64,000 bases of DNA from Geopsychrobacteraceae bacterium. GTDB lineage: Bacteria > Desulfobacterota > Desulfuromonadia > Desulfuromonadales > Geopsychrobacteraceae. The notes beneath the pieces are model-generated. The model was not told the DNA's origin. It was given only the letters and a program-made list of their open reading frames with translations, and searched no databases. Positions 48,187 to 58,677 of this stretch are shown here, in pieces; positions within the stretch are counted from its first letter, which is position 1; every line of letters starts with the position of its first letter. The stretch is taken from assembly GCA_963676795.2 (NCBI GenBank), contig CAXXTB010000002.1, positions 1,504,001 through 1,568,000 on the forward strand. Direction: 5' to 3'. A program made the translations under genes and the position numbers.

Positions 48187-49005
48187 ATGGATCTCATTTC
48201 TCCTCAGATCATATCGCTTATTGTGATTGTCGGTGCTCTTGCCGGATTTCTTGCCGGACTGTTGGGAATCGGCGGGGGGGTGATCCTTGTGCCTCTGTTC
48301 CTCTGGCTATTTCCGCTTGCCGGATTTCCCTCTGAGCAGATTGTCCACATCGCTTTTGCAACCAGTCTGGCGATTATCTTTCCGACGGCCATAAGCAGCG
48401 CTCATGCCCACAGGCTCAAGGGGAACGTGGTCTGGGGGATGGTCGGTTACCTGATTGCCGGCGGTGTCGCCGGCTCCTTTGGCGGATCATCAGCCGCGGC
48501 GGTGATGCCCGGCGGGCAGCTCAAGCTCGCCTTTGCCCTGCTGATGATTGCAATCGGCATCAATCTGCTCCTCAAACGTCAGAAACAGGATGAAGCCGTA
48601 GCCTCACTGGCCGTAAAGCCTGTCCCGTTGATGGTTGTCGGTCTGATCGGTGGCTTCGCTTCAGCATTTTTCGGTATCGGTGGCGGGGTTGTTGCCGTTC
48701 CGCTGATGCTTATGCTGCTGCGCCTGCCGATCCATCTTGCCGTTGGGAACTCCAGTGCCTTGATCGTCGTCTCCTCCTTCGCGGCTGTTTGCTGTTATAT
48801 TTATTATGGATGGGGTCAGCCTGATCTGCCTGATTTCTCGCTTGGCTATGTCAATCTGCTGGTTGCTGTTATTGTCGCTCCGGTCAGTATTCTCGCCGCT
48901 CGATACGGGGTCAGGTTGGCTGCTAAGACGAGTCAGGCGAAACTGGTCAAGATTTTCGCCATTCTGCTGATCCTTGTCGGAGCAAAAATACTCCTGCAGG
49001 GCTAA
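48187..49005 (+). CDS. TauE/SafE (TSUP) family membrane transporter
   Basis: Duplicated G(LL/FF)GIGGG motif, A.ATS / AVGNS, about 8 TM segments; ATG at 48187. Confidence 0.9.
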   Translation: MDLISPQIISLIVIVGALAGFLAGLLGIGGGVILVPLFLWLFPLAGFPSEQIVHIAFATSLAIIFPTAISSAHAHRLKGNVVWGMVGYLIAGGVAGSFGGSSAAAVMPGGQLKLAFALLMIAIGINLLLKRQKQDEAVASLAVKPVPLMVVGLIGGFASAFFGIGGGVVAVPLMLMLLRLPIHLAVGNSSALIVVSSFAAVCCYIYYGWGQPDLPDFSLGYVNLLVAVIVAPVSILAARYGVRLAAKTSQAKLVKIFAILLILVGAKILLQG

Positions 49006-49025
49006 CAGCGCGACAGGAGTGAGCT

Positions 49026-49829
49026 ATGATCCGTCAGACGGCAGTTGCAGGAAGTTTCTATCCGGCAGATCCGGGTGCTCTCGGTGCCCAACTCGATAGC
49101 TTGCTGGACAGCCATGAAGCGCGCAGGAAGGTCCGTGCGATCGTTGTCCCGCACGCCGGTTACGTCTATTCCGGAGCGATTGCCGGTGCCGTTTTTTCCC
49201 GAATTGAAATTCCTCGCCGGATCATACTGATCGGGCCGAACCATACCGGAGTGGGGCCTGCCTGCTCGGTCTGCAGTTCGGATCACTGGGCGACCCCTTT
49301 CGGTCCGGTGACGGTCGCGGCCGGTTTGAGGCAGCGGCTGCTTGAGTCGATCCCGGTGCTGGAAGCAGATCTTCTGGCCCATCACTATGAACATTCGCTG
49401 GAGGTCATGCTGCCGTTTTTGCTGCGCATGCGTAGCGATGTCGAAATCGTTCCGATTATCCTCGGCGGACTTGGCCTCAATGACGCCTTGACCCTTGGCG
49501 ATGAACTGGCTAAGGTACTGGCGCGCGAAGAGGAAGAGGTTCTGCTGCTGGCCAGCAGTGATATGAACCATTTCGAGAGCGCCGCAGAAACGGAGCGCCT
49601 CGATCATCTGGCCATCGCGGCGATGGAGGACTACGCTCCGGAGCGGCTTTATCAGGTTGTCAGGGATAACCGGATAACGATGTGTGGCGTGCTGCCGGTC
49701 ATTGCCGTCATGCGGGCGGCAAGGCGCCTCGGCGCATCAACCTGTGAGCTGGTCAAATACGGTCATTCCGGGCAGGTAAACGGCGACAACAGTCGTGTCG
49801 TCGGATATGCCGGTTTGACCATTGAATAA
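49026..49829 (+). CDS. amrB: AmmeMemoRadiSam system protein B (MEMO1 family)
   Basis: R..AVAGSFYP, PHAGYVYSG, GPNH, EHSLEV, ASSDMNH, TMCG, VVGYAG. Confidence 0.92.
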   Translation: MIRQTAVAGSFYPADPGALGAQLDSLLDSHEARRKVRAIVVPHAGYVYSGAIAGAVFSRIEIPRRIILIGPNHTGVGPACSVCSSDHWATPFGPVTVAAGLRQRLLESIPVLEADLLAHHYEHSLEVMLPFLLRMRSDVEIVPIILGGLGLNDALTLGDELAKVLAREEEEVLLLASSDMNHFESAAETERLDHLAIAAMEDYAPERLYQVVRDNRITMCGVLPVIAVMRAARRLGASTCELVKYGHSGQVNGDNSRVVGYAGLTIE

Positions 49830-49832
49830 TTC

Positions 49833-49974
49833 GTTTCTGTCCGGAAACGGCCCTTTTCCGCCGTGGCGTCGTCAATCTGCGCGCTTATTTGTGCGGCGTA
49901 AAGCACTACGCCTCCGCATAAGCCCTTGATATTTCTTGCCACGGAAAAAATTGCTCGTTTCCAAATCAGAAACT
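49833..49974. repeat. Repeat family R, copy 2 (opposite orientation to copy 1)
   Basis: Termini GTTTCTG..CGGAAACG / CGTTTCC..CAGAAAC; homologous to 5031-5173. Confidence 0.85.
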
Positions 49975-50043
49975 GACGCGTTGCCTTCCTGAGTCTTCGG
50001 ATAGCAACTAATTCGTAATTTTATGTTGCCAAAAGGAGTTTCC

Positions 50044-51441
50044 ATGTCTGATTTGCGTGTTCGCTTCGCTCCGAGCCCGACCGGTTATCTGCACATCGGC
50101 GGAGCCAGAACGGCTTTGTTCAATTATCTGCTGGCCAAGAAAAACAACGGGACCTTTGTCCTGCGTATCGAAGATACAGACGTGGAACGCTCAACCCAGG
50201 AATCGGTTGATGCCATCCTTTTTGCCATGGACTGGCTCGGCCTGTCCTATGACGAAGGTCCGTTCTACCAGACCGAGCGCTTCGACCTGTACAAGCAGAA
50301 GGTCCAGGAGATGCTCGATAACGGCAAGGCCTATCGCTGTTACTGCACCCCTGAGGAACTGGAAGCCAAGCGCGAGAAGGCGATGGCCGAAGGACGCAAG
50401 CCGAAGTACGACGGCACCTGCCGTAACCGCACTGATCAGCCTGATGCTCCCTTTGTCGTGCGTTTCAAACTGCCGGAAGACAAGGAGGAGACAACCTTCA
50501 ATGACAGGATCAAGGGGCCGATCACCTTCCGTCATGAAGAGCTTGACGATCTGATCATTCAGCGTAGCGACGGGACGCCGACCTACAACTTTGTCGTTGT
50601 CATTGACGACGCCGAGATGGATATCAATCTGATCATTCGTGGTGACGATCACGTCAATAACACCCCGCGTCAGATCCTGCTCTATGAAGCCATGGGTTAT
50701 GCAGTCCCGGAATTCGCCCATGTGCCGATGATCCTCGGTTCCGACAAGAAGCGTCTGTCGAAGCGTCATGGTGCGACCTCGGTCATGGCCTACCAGGAGA
50801 TGGGCATTCTGCCTGAGGCCCTGATCAACTATCTGGCCCGTCTCGGCTGGTCCTGTGGCGACGAAGAGATCTTCAGCATGGCTGACCTGATCGAGAAGTT
50901 CAGCCTCGAGAACGTCGGAAGGGCAGCCGGGGTTTTCAACCCGGAAAAACTGAACTGGCTGAACAGTCACTATATCAAGACCGGTGATGTCTCTCGTCTG
51001 GCAGAACTGCTCAAGCCGTTCCTCACTGCAAAAGGGGTTGATTTCAGCAATGGCCCTGATATGGCGGCGGTGGTGAAAACTCTGCAGGAGCGTTCCTCAA
51101 CGCTCATCGAAATGGCTGACGGGGCGGCATTCTATTTTGCTGAGACAATCGAATACGATGAGAAGGCCAGGGAAAAGTTTCTTACGGCCGATCAGGCGGA
51201 TCTTTTTGCCGTTGTCGTCGAACAGCTCGAAGCCTGCGATCAGTTCAACCATGACGGCCTGGACAGAGCGTTTGCCGTTGTCATGGAAAAGACCGGACTC
51301 AAGTTCGGCAAGGTTGCCCAGCCGCTGCGTGTCGCATTGACCGGAGTGACGGCAAGTCCAAGTATCTATGAGGTACTCGAGGTTCTCGGCAAGGATCGTT
51401 CTTTGCGGAGAATCAAGGCTGCGCAGCAAGCGCTGGTTTAA
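50044..51441 (+). CDS. gltX: Glutamate--tRNA ligase
   Basis: [30 protein letters not shown]. Confidence 0.97.
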   Translation: MSDLRVRFAPSPTGYLHIGGARTALFNYLLAKKNNGTFVLRIEDTDVERSTQESVDAILFAMDWLGLSYDEGPFYQTERFDLYKQKVQEMLDNGKAYRCYCTPEELEAKREKAMAEGRKPKYDGTCRNRTDQPDAPFVVRFKLPEDKEETTFNDRIKGPITFRHEELDDLIIQRSDGTPTYNFVVVIDDAEMDINLIIRGDDHVNNTPRQILLYEAMGYAVPEFAHVPMILGSDKKRLSKRHGATSVMAYQEMGILPEALINYLARLGWSCGDEEIFSMADLIEKFSLENVGRAAGVFNPEKLNWLNSHYIKTGDVSRLAELLKPFLTAKGVDFSNGPDMAAVVKTLQERSSTLIEMADGAAFYFAETIEYDEKAREKFLTADQADLFAVVVEQLEACDQFNHDGLDRAFAVVMEKTGLKFGKVAQPLRVALTGVTASPSIYEVLEVLGKDRSLRRIKAAQQALV

Positions 51442-51487
51442 TGTCCGTGGATTCCCGTACAGTCACTCGGGGATAACGAAATCTTTA

Positions 51488-51519
51488 AAGCCCTGGCGCA
51501 AGTACCAGGGCTTTTTTTT
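51488..51519. terminator. Terminator between gltX and the PilZ gene
   Basis: AAGCCCTGG / CCAGGGCTT stem plus T run. Confidence 0.75.
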
Positions 51520-51520
51520 A

Positions 51521-51880
51521 TTACTGACTCTTTCTGACCCATTCTTCAATCTGGTTACTTGTTTCTTCCGGCATATCGAGAAACTTCATCCCCATTCCCG
51601 GCTCAAAAGGAAGATGAGAGCCGATAGGTCTTTTCCAGACAACCTCACAGCGGCAGCGAACGGAACCTTTGAGTGGGGCCGGGAGCTGAAACTCGAGGTT
51701 GATCTGCTCTCCCGGTTCTATCGCATTGGTTGTGGCAATGAAAATCCCGCTCCGGCTGATATTCTTCATATATCCGAAAAAAGCAGTCCGGTCGTTGTTG
51801 AGATGAACCTTCTGAATAATAAGAGGGGCCCGTAGGTTTTTTCGTGCATCACCCTGAATCCGATCGTTCGTGTCGTTCAT
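51521..51880 (-). CDS. Stand-alone PilZ domain protein
   Basis: RKNLR (RxxxR), NISRSG (D/NxSxxG), EVVW, PGMGMKF. Confidence 0.88.
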   Translation of the reverse strand: MNDTNDRIQGDARKNLRAPLIIQKVHLNNDRTAFFGYMKNISRSGIFIATTNAIEPGEQINLEFQLPAPLKGSVRCRCEVVWKRPIGSHLPFEPGMGMKFLDMPEETSNQIEEWVRKSQ

Positions 51881-52109
51881 TTAAAGCTCCTGATCCGTCT
51901 GTTTTTAATTTGTTCAGTTTAGCACCCTTTGAATGAATGAGCATTTATTTTGTAAGGATTGGGTGAAAAATCGAACGCGGTCGGTTTTTTGTTGAAAGTC
52001 ATCGGATTGTGACTTATTCTCGACTCAATTCGACTTTTAATTTTTGCTTCGACTTTAAAATTTATTCAGATTACGCTGAGTAGATAAGAATATTCGTATG
52101 TTACCAGCC

Positions 52110-52175
52110 AGTTGCCATCCGGAAGCTGCGGAGGGCAACGCGTAAGTTTTCATCCGCAGCTTCCGGATGAAAACT
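52110..52175. repeat. 66-bp hairpin carrying family-R-like termini
   Basis: AGTTGCCA...ATGAAAACT ends; perfect 17-bp stem CATCCGGAAGCTGCGGA / TCCGCAGCTTCCGGATG. Confidence 0.75.
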
Positions 52176-52198
52176 AGCTAGACAAGATGAGAGTGATG

Positions 52199-52798
52199 AT
52201 GGCAGGAATCAGGGAAACTAAAAAGCAGGAAACGCGCAAGGCCATTTCGGAGGCTGCGATGAAGCTGTTCTCGGAAAAGGGGTATGAGCAGACCAGCATG
52301 GAAGAGATTGCCCGTGAGGCAGAGATCGGCAAAGCGACGATCTACGGTTACTTCAAAAACAAACAGGAAATATTTATTGCCTTCTGTGATGAAGAACTGG
52401 ACAGGTCGCTGGAAAAACTGGAGATCAATAAAACGGATAACAAGCCGATCCTTGAAATTCTGGTTGGCTATTTTGCCCATGATTTTCTGTTTTTTGAGAA
52501 CAATCGGGAATTTGCCAGCCACTTTCTGCGCGAAATGGCTTTCCCTCAGGAGATGAATGAGACGACGCGAGAACATGATCAACGTTACCTCGGGATTCTC
52601 GATTCTATTATTTGTCATGGTCAGGAAACAGGTGAAATCGACCCGCGGCACGATGTGTTTCTGACTGCTATACACTTCTTTTCTCTCTATCTCGGGGTTC
52701 TTGTTGGCTGGTTCCGCGGATTCGTCAATTCCTCTGAGGAATTTGAACAAAGACTCTCTGCCTTGTTCCGGCAGGCACTTGATGGAGTACGTCCATGA
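52199..52798 (+). CDS. TetR/AcrR family regulator (start could be 52187 or 52196)
   Basis: LFSEKGYEQTSMEEIAREAEIGKATIYGYFKNK HTH. Confidence 0.92.
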   Translation: MAGIRETKKQETRKAISEAAMKLFSEKGYEQTSMEEIAREAEIGKATIYGYFKNKQEIFIAFCDEELDRSLEKLEINKTDNKPILEILVGYFAHDFLFFENNREFASHFLREMAFPQEMNETTREHDQRYLGILDSIICHGQETGEIDPRHDVFLTAIHFFSLYLGVLVGWFRGFVNSSEEFEQRLSALFRQALDGVRP

Positions 52799-54339
52799 AA
52801 ATTGTCTCTCGTCTCTTACTATGCTGCTTTGTCGTTTTGGGCTGCGGTCTGTCAACCGCTACAGCCGGAGAGCTGAACATGAACGATCTGATCATTCTGG
52901 GGTTGAAAAATAACCTGGGGCTGCAGATTGAAAAGTTACAGCGTCAGCAGACCGAAGCCGGTATCACAACAGAGGAAGCGGCCTTCGACAGTCAGCTTTT
53001 TTCCAGCCTTGATATTGAGCAATCCTCGACGCCCTATGAAGGAACCGGCTTCAGTGGCGAGTACGAAAGCGATACCCTGCAATTTCAGGCCGGTGCCAAT
53101 AAGCGATTTTTCAGCGGTTTGGTCGCGACAACCTCACTGATCAGCAAAAAGACCGATGATGACGATCTGAGTAACGATCTCAATCCGCGCTATCAGACCG
53201 TTCTGCAGCTGGAGCTGACGCAGCCATTGCTGAAAGGGTTCGGCCGGACAGTCAACCAGACCGGAATAACCCTGGCAAAGGGGCAGGCTGAACAGACAAG
53301 CCTGTCCTATCTCCTTCAGGCTCAAACCCTGATCCTTCAGTTGGAAACTATGGTACTGCAACTCCATGCGGATTACCGGATCAGTGAACTGCAGAGGCTC
53401 GCCTTGCAGCTGGCCGATGATCTCTATGATGCCAACAGGAAGAGATATTCTTCCGGCCTGGCTCCGATAACCGAGGTTCAGGAGGCGGAAACGGCACAGG
53501 CTGATCGCCGCTTGCAACTGTCACTGGCTTTGCAGCAGCAGGAGCTGGTCTGTCAGTCGCTGAATCGGCTGCTTGGTTCGCCACTGCCCGATGATTTCAA
53601 TCCGATGGCTCTGCAACTTTCAGCTCCTCAGCGGCCCCTCGATACGGCAGGTATCTCTGGGGCTGAGCTAGATTCCGTCGTTGCCAGACGGCTCGATGCG
53701 CGGATGGTAAAGATCGGACTCAAGATGACCGGGGTGCAGAAAAGCCTTTATGTCAATCAATTGCGTCCGCAACTGGATCTCAGCCTGAGAGCAGGTGTCA
53801 ATGGCTTGTCCGGTACGGATCGCGGCACTGTCCCCGGTTCCGCTTATTCCGGGAGTTGGTCAGATTCATTAACCAGTATGACGTCAGCCGATGGCGTTCA
53901 GTGGGGCGCCGGGCTGACATTTTCGCTGCCGCTGGGGAACAGGGCGGCAAAAGCCCGACTGCTACAGGCGGATCTCGAAGAACGCAAGCAGCGAACCCTG
54001 GTGGACGATATACGCCTGCAGATCGAAGATGAATTAAGCCAGCAGCAGATCAATCTGGCCAGGTCCTATGAACAGCTTCAGCTGGCCAGGGATTTCGAAG
54101 CTATTGCTGAGAAATCCCTGCATCAGGAAGAACGCAAACTTGAAGAGGGGTTGTCCGATACCTTTCGCATGATTTCGTTTCAGAACAAGATGATCAGTGC
54201 CAAGGTCAACAGAATCAATGCGGCAACCCAGTATCAGGTTGCGGTTGCACGCATGGCCTTTTTGCGTGGTGAAATTTTTGAGCGGCACGACATCCACCTT
54301 ACTGCGAACAATCAGGAGCTTGAAATTGAAAAATTATAG
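52795..54339 (+). CDS. TolC-family outer membrane efflux protein
   Basis: Signal peptide, LKNN motif, LTQPLL, coiled coils; operonic with MFP and RND genes. Confidence 0.85.
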   Translation: MKIVSRLLLCCFVVLGCGLSTATAGELNMNDLIILGLKNNLGLQIEKLQRQQTEAGITTEEAAFDSQLFSSLDIEQSSTPYEGTGFSGEYESDTLQFQAGANKRFFSGLVATTSLISKKTDDDDLSNDLNPRYQTVLQLELTQPLLKGFGRTVNQTGITLAKGQAEQTSLSYLLQAQTLILQLETMVLQLHADYRISELQRLALQLADDLYDANRKRYSSGLAPITEVQEAETAQADRRLQLSLALQQQELVCQSLNRLLGSPLPDDFNPMALQLSAPQRPLDTAGISGAELDSVVARRLDARMVKIGLKMTGVQKSLYVNQLRPQLDLSLRAGVNGLSGTDRGTVPGSAYSGSWSDSLTSMTSADGVQWGAGLTFSLPLGNRAAKARLLQADLEERKQRTLVDDIRLQIEDELSQQQINLARSYEQLQLARDFEAIAEKSLHQEERKLEEGLSDTFRMISFQNKMISAKVNRINAATQYQVAVARMAFLRGEIFERHDIHLTANNQELEIEKL

Positions 54340-55378
54340 ATCCCTTGTCACTGTCGTGGTTGTACTGAGCACCTGTCTGTTTCTTGGTGCCTGTAAAAAG
54401 GAGCAGGCAGAAACGCCAAGCTCAGCTCCGGAAAAGATCATCAGGGTTGCTGTGGAACAGATACGCCCTCAAGCGTTGACAGAAACCTTTTCCCTGCCGG
54501 CAAAGCTCGAAGCCTGGGAGGATCTGACCATTGCTGCCGAGTATCCGGGGCTGATCCTGAGTATTCCGGTTGAAGAAGGGGACAGAGTCAAAGCGGGAGC
54601 AAGGCTGCTGAATATCGATTCTGCAACCCTGAAAAGCAATCTTGCGCGTGAGGAAGAGAATGTCAGTGTGCTCAGTAATAAACTTGAGCGTTACCGCCAG
54701 CTGGAAAGTGAGGGGCTGGTCAGCCGGCAGGACGTGGATGACCTGAATAACGGGCTGGTCAGCGCTCAGGCTGCGTTGAAGGCGATGCGTCTGCAGATTG
54801 ACAAGACCATGCCGAGCGCTCCTATTGCAGGAATAGTCGATCATATCTTTGTCGATCGTGGAGAATATGTCGATCCCGGCAAGCCGTTGATCCGACTTCT
54901 ACAGGTTGAAAGGCTCAAGGCGATTGCGGATGTACCGGAAAAAGATGTGCACTTTCTTGCACCAGGCCAGGCAGCGGAACTTGTTCCGTCCAGCTTCGAT
55001 TCCAGAAGCGAGCCGTACAGCGGGACAATAGATTATATTGCCTATGCCGCAGATGAAGCGAGCCGGACCTACCGGACCAAGCTTTCAGTCAGTAACGATG
55101 CCGGGCTGTTGCGTCCGGGAATGATTGTCCGGGTTCGTTTCGTGCGTCAACAGCTGGAAAACGTAATGACAGTGCCCCTTTACGCGGTTCTTGACCGCGA
55201 GGGGGGAAAAATCGTGTTTGTCGCGGATGGCAATACGGCCAGAATGGTCAGGGTCAAGACCGGTGTAACCAGTGGCGAGCGGATTCTGATCGAAACCGGT
55301 CTTGAGTTCGGACAGCAGTTGATCGTGAAAGGTCAGCAATTGCTGGTCGATGGCAGCCGGATTGAAACGGGAGACTAG
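54326..55378 (+). CDS. RND efflux periplasmic adaptor lipoprotein
   Basis: Lipobox LGAC, VEEGDRVKAG, APIAG, LRPGM; TTG start after AGGAG. Confidence 0.9.
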   Translation: MKNYRSLVTVVVVLSTCLFLGACKKEQAETPSSAPEKIIRVAVEQIRPQALTETFSLPAKLEAWEDLTIAAEYPGLILSIPVEEGDRVKAGARLLNIDSATLKSNLAREEENVSVLSNKLERYRQLESEGLVSRQDVDDLNNGLVSAQAALKAMRLQIDKTMPSAPIAGIVDHIFVDRGEYVDPGKPLIRLLQVERLKAIADVPEKDVHFLAPGQAAELVPSSFDSRSEPYSGTIDYIAYAADEASRTYRTKLSVSNDAGLLRPGMIVRVRFVRQQLENVMTVPLYAVLDREGGKIVFVADGNTARMVRVKTGVTSGERILIETGLEFGQQLIVKGQQLLVDGSRIETGD

Positions 55379-55381
55379 GCT

Positions 55382-58300
55382 ATGCTGATTTCGAACGCTT
55401 CAATTAACCGGCGCAGTACCGTTTTTGCCCTGATGCTGATCATTCTGATCGTCGGGATTTTCAGCTATATGGTCCTGCCGCGCGAATCGACGCCGGATAT
55501 CACTATCCCCTACGTACTGGTTGTCACCCCCTATGAAGGGGTTTCTTCCTCCGATATCGAGAGCCTGATAACCCATCCGATCGAGCGCAAGCTTAAAGGG
55601 CTCAAGGATGTCGAGGAGATCCGTTCGGTCAGTTCTGAAGGGGCGTCGATGATCACCATCGAATTTACTCCCGATATCGTTATTGATGACGCCATTCAGA
55701 AGGTGCGCGACAAGGTCGATCAGGCCAAGGCCGACCTGCCGAACGATCTGGAGAGTGACCCGTCGATCATGGAGATCAACCTGTCAGAATTTCCGATCCT
55801 TATGGTTGCGGTTTCTGGTGACCGGGACGAAACGATCCTCAAAGCTGTGGCCGAAGAGCTGCAGGATCATATTGAGGAACTGCCCGGGGTTCTGGATGTC
55901 GTCCTTAGCGGTGGGCGGGAACGCCAGATTCGCATCGAATTCGATCCGGAGCGCCTCTACGCCTACCAGATCTCATTGCCGGAGGTTATCACAGCCATCC
56001 GCAGTGAGAATGTCAATATCCCGGGTGGCAGTATCGATATAGGGCAGGGGAAATACCTGCTTAGAGTGCCGGGTGAATTTGACGATCCGCATATCATCGA
56101 CAATCTGGTGTTGACCAGGCGCAATGGCAAGATTATCTATTTCAAGGATGTTGCCCAGATTTACGATACCTTTGAGGACCGGACCAGTCATGCCAGGGTC
56201 AATGGTAAGCGCAGTGTCTCGCTGGCAATCAAAAAGCGCAGCGGCGCCAACATCATTGAGGTCGCCGATCAGGTTTTTGCCATACTGGGGCAGGCGGAAA
56301 AACTCATCCCCGAAGGTATCGAGCTGTCCGTCACCCTGAATCAGTCGAAAGATATCCGGCGCATGGTCTCTGAGCTGGAAAATAACATCATCACCGGCCT
56401 GATTCTGGTTGTGCTGGTGCTGTTCATGTTTCTCGGTTTACGCAATTCATTCTTCGTCGCACTGGCCATTCCGTTCTCGATGCTGATCTCTTTTGCGGTT
56501 CTGCATCTGCTCGGCATTACCCTCAACATGGTTGTCCTGTTCAGCCTTATTCTGGCCCTCGGTATGCTGGTCGATAATGCGATCGTCATCGTTGAAAACA
56601 TCTACCGGCATATGCAGGAAGGGCATAAGGGTACCGAAGCGGCAAAAATAGCGGCAGCAGAAGTCGGTTGGCCGGTCATCAGTTCGACGCTGACCACCCT
56701 GTGCGCCTTCTTCCCGCTAATGTTCTGGCCCGGGATCATGGGCGAGTTCATGAAGTACCTGCCGATGACCCTGATCATAACATTGTCGGCGTCTCTGTTT
56801 GTCGCCCTGGTTATTAACCCGACTATCTGTGGACATCTGATGCATCCAGGGAAAAAACAGACGAAGACTGACAAATCAAATGCCTATATCATTGACGTCT
56901 ATCAGAAGATTCTGGTCTTTGCACTCGGCCATCGTATGCTGATTGTCGTATTGTCGGTGGTATTGCTGATTGGTATCGGAGCCCTGTACGGGGTTATGGG
57001 GCATGGCGTAGAGTTGTTTCCGGATACCGAGCCGAACCGGGCGTACGTTGAGATCAAGGCCCCGGAAGGAACCAATCTCGAGGCCAGCGATCAGATTGCC
57101 AGAATTGTCGAGGGCTTCACCCTGCCGGAGCAAGATATCCGCTTCAATATAGCCGAGGTCGGAACTACCGCCAGCGATCAGGGCGGCGGTGACAGCGTGC
57201 AGTCCAATCTGAGCCGAATCACCTTCGATTTTGCCGAGCGTCAGGATCGCCACGGGGATTCACGCAATGTCCTGGCCCGTATCCGCAAGGCCGTCAGTGT
57301 CCTGCCGGGAGCAGAGTTCAAGGTCGAAAAACAGGAAGAGGGGCCACCAACCGGTCCTCCCGTCAGCGTTGAAATCAGCGGTGACGATATCGAGATCCTC
57401 GACCTGCTGGTTTTTCAGGCCAAGGAAAAGATCAAGAACATCGAAGGCCTGGTCGATCTGAAGGACGATCTTTCCAAGGCCAAACCGGAGATCAAGGTAG
57501 TTGTCGACCGGGAAAAAGCCAACCTGCTCGGTTTGTCGACGGCGCAGATTGCCGAGATGGTCAAGGTGGCGATCGGTGGAACCAAGCTGGGTGTCTATCG
57601 CGAAGGGGAGGATGAATACGATATCGTCGCCCGCCTGCCGGAAGAACGCCGCAGGTCGGTCAATGATATCAGGAATCTGTTGATCCCGGCTGCAGCCGGT
57701 CCGCCCATTCCTCTTTCGACGGTTGCCGATATCCGTATCGGGACCGGTTTCGGTTCGATTCGTCATATCGATCAGAAGCGGGTGGTGACCGTCTCTGCGG
57801 ATACCTTCGGGCGCAACAGCAATGAGGTCCTCAAAGAGGTTCAGGCCGCTCTGGCCGGAATCGATCTGCCGGCGGGCTATCAGATCCGCTATTCCGGTGA
57901 ACAGGAAGAACAGCAGAAAGCGGCCGCGTTTCTGAGCAAGGCCTTTATTGGTGCCATCCTGCTGATCATGCTGGTGCTGATCACCCAGTTCAACTCGGTG
58001 CTGCAGACCCTGATCGTCATGACCTCGGTTATCCTGTCCCTGACGGGTGTTTTTCTTGGCCTGATGATCACCGCGACCCCCTTCGGGATCATCATGACCG
58101 GGATCGGTGTGATTTCCCTGGCCGGAGTTGTTGTCAATAATGCCATTGTCCTGATCGATTACATCAATCAGTTGATTCGCGAGGGGATGGAGACCCGGGA
58201 AGCGTTGATCAGGGCCGGGACCGTCCGATTCAGACCTGTTCTGCTGACCGCCGTGACAACCATTCTCGGATTGCTGCCGATGGCTGTCGGTGTCAGTGTC

Positions 58301-58480
58301 GATTTCAAGCATCTGGCTCTTGAGGTGGGAGGCGAATCGGCGGACTGGTGGGGACCAATGGCCGTTGCTGTCATTTACGGGCTTGCCTTCGCGACGATCC
58401 TGACCCTGGTTGTTGTGCCGGTTCTGTACTCTCTGGCCGATTCGGCGAGGAGTCGTTTCTGGAAGAGAAACCGCGTGTAA
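55382..58480 (+). CDS. RND efflux permease (AcrB/MdtC family)
   Basis: GMLVDNAIVIVENI, GVVVNNAIVL, RFRPVLLT, 12-TM pattern. Confidence 0.95.
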   Translation: MLISNASINRRSTVFALMLIILIVGIFSYMVLPRESTPDITIPYVLVVTPYEGVSSSDIESLITHPIERKLKGLKDVEEIRSVSSEGASMITIEFTPDIVIDDAIQKVRDKVDQAKADLPNDLESDPSIMEINLSEFPILMVAVSGDRDETILKAVAEELQDHIEELPGVLDVVLSGGRERQIRIEFDPERLYAYQISLPEVITAIRSENVNIPGGSIDIGQGKYLLRVPGEFDDPHIIDNLVLTRRNGKIIYFKDVAQIYDTFEDRTSHARVNGKRSVSLAIKKRSGANIIEVADQVFAILGQAEKLIPEGIELSVTLNQSKDIRRMVSELENNIITGLILVVLVLFMFLGLRNSFFVALAIPFSMLISFAVLHLLGITLNMVVLFSLILALGMLVDNAIVIVENIYRHMQEGHKGTEAAKIAAAEVGWPVISSTLTTLCAFFPLMFWPGIMGEFMKYLPMTLIITLSASLFVALVINPTICGHLMHPGKKQTKTDKSNAYIIDVYQKILVFALGHRMLIVVLSVVLLIGIGALYGVMGHGVELFPDTEPNRAYVEIKAPEGTNLEASDQIARIVEGFTLPEQDIRFNIAEVGTTASDQGGGDSVQSNLSRITFDFAERQDRHGDSRNVLARIRKAVSVLPGAEFKVEKQEEGPPTGPPVSVEISGDDIEILDLLVFQAKEKIKNIEGLVDLKDDLSKAKPEIKVVVDREKANLLGLSTAQIAEMVKVAIGGTKLGVYREGEDEYDIVARLPEERRRSVNDIRNLLIPAAAGPPIPLSTVADIRIGTGFGSIRHIDQKRVVTVSADTFGRNSNEVLKEVQAALAGIDLPAGYQIRYSGEQEEQQKAAAFLSKAFIGAILLIMLVLITQFNSVLQTLIVMTSVILSLTGVFLGLMITATPFGIIMTGIGVISLAGVVVNNAIVLIDYINQLIREGMETREALIRAGTVRFRPVLLTAVTTILGLLPMAVGVSVDFKHLALEVGGESADWWGPMAVAVIYGLAFATILTLVVVPVLYSLADSARSRFWKRNRV

Positions 58481-58677
58481 TGACCTTTCTTGCTGAAGAC
58501 ACTTTCGGGCTTGAAAAAGATCAGGTTTTTACGGGGTTTGAGTTTGACAAGGACTGTGGCTTGAGGTAGAAGATTGCTCTGATATCACTTCGATTAAAAG
58601 CTCTGCATCTCATGCTGTATGACCTGTGATGAACGGTGCTTTTGATCCATTTCTTCTATATACGAAAGGTCACTGAT

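Noticed and set aside
57260..58312. 350-aa minus-strand ORF
   Set aside because: Antisense to the RND permease; no motifs.
58480..58569. 29-aa ORF overlapping the RND stop codon
   Set aside because: No clear RBS or features, and it overlaps the probable aspC promoter.
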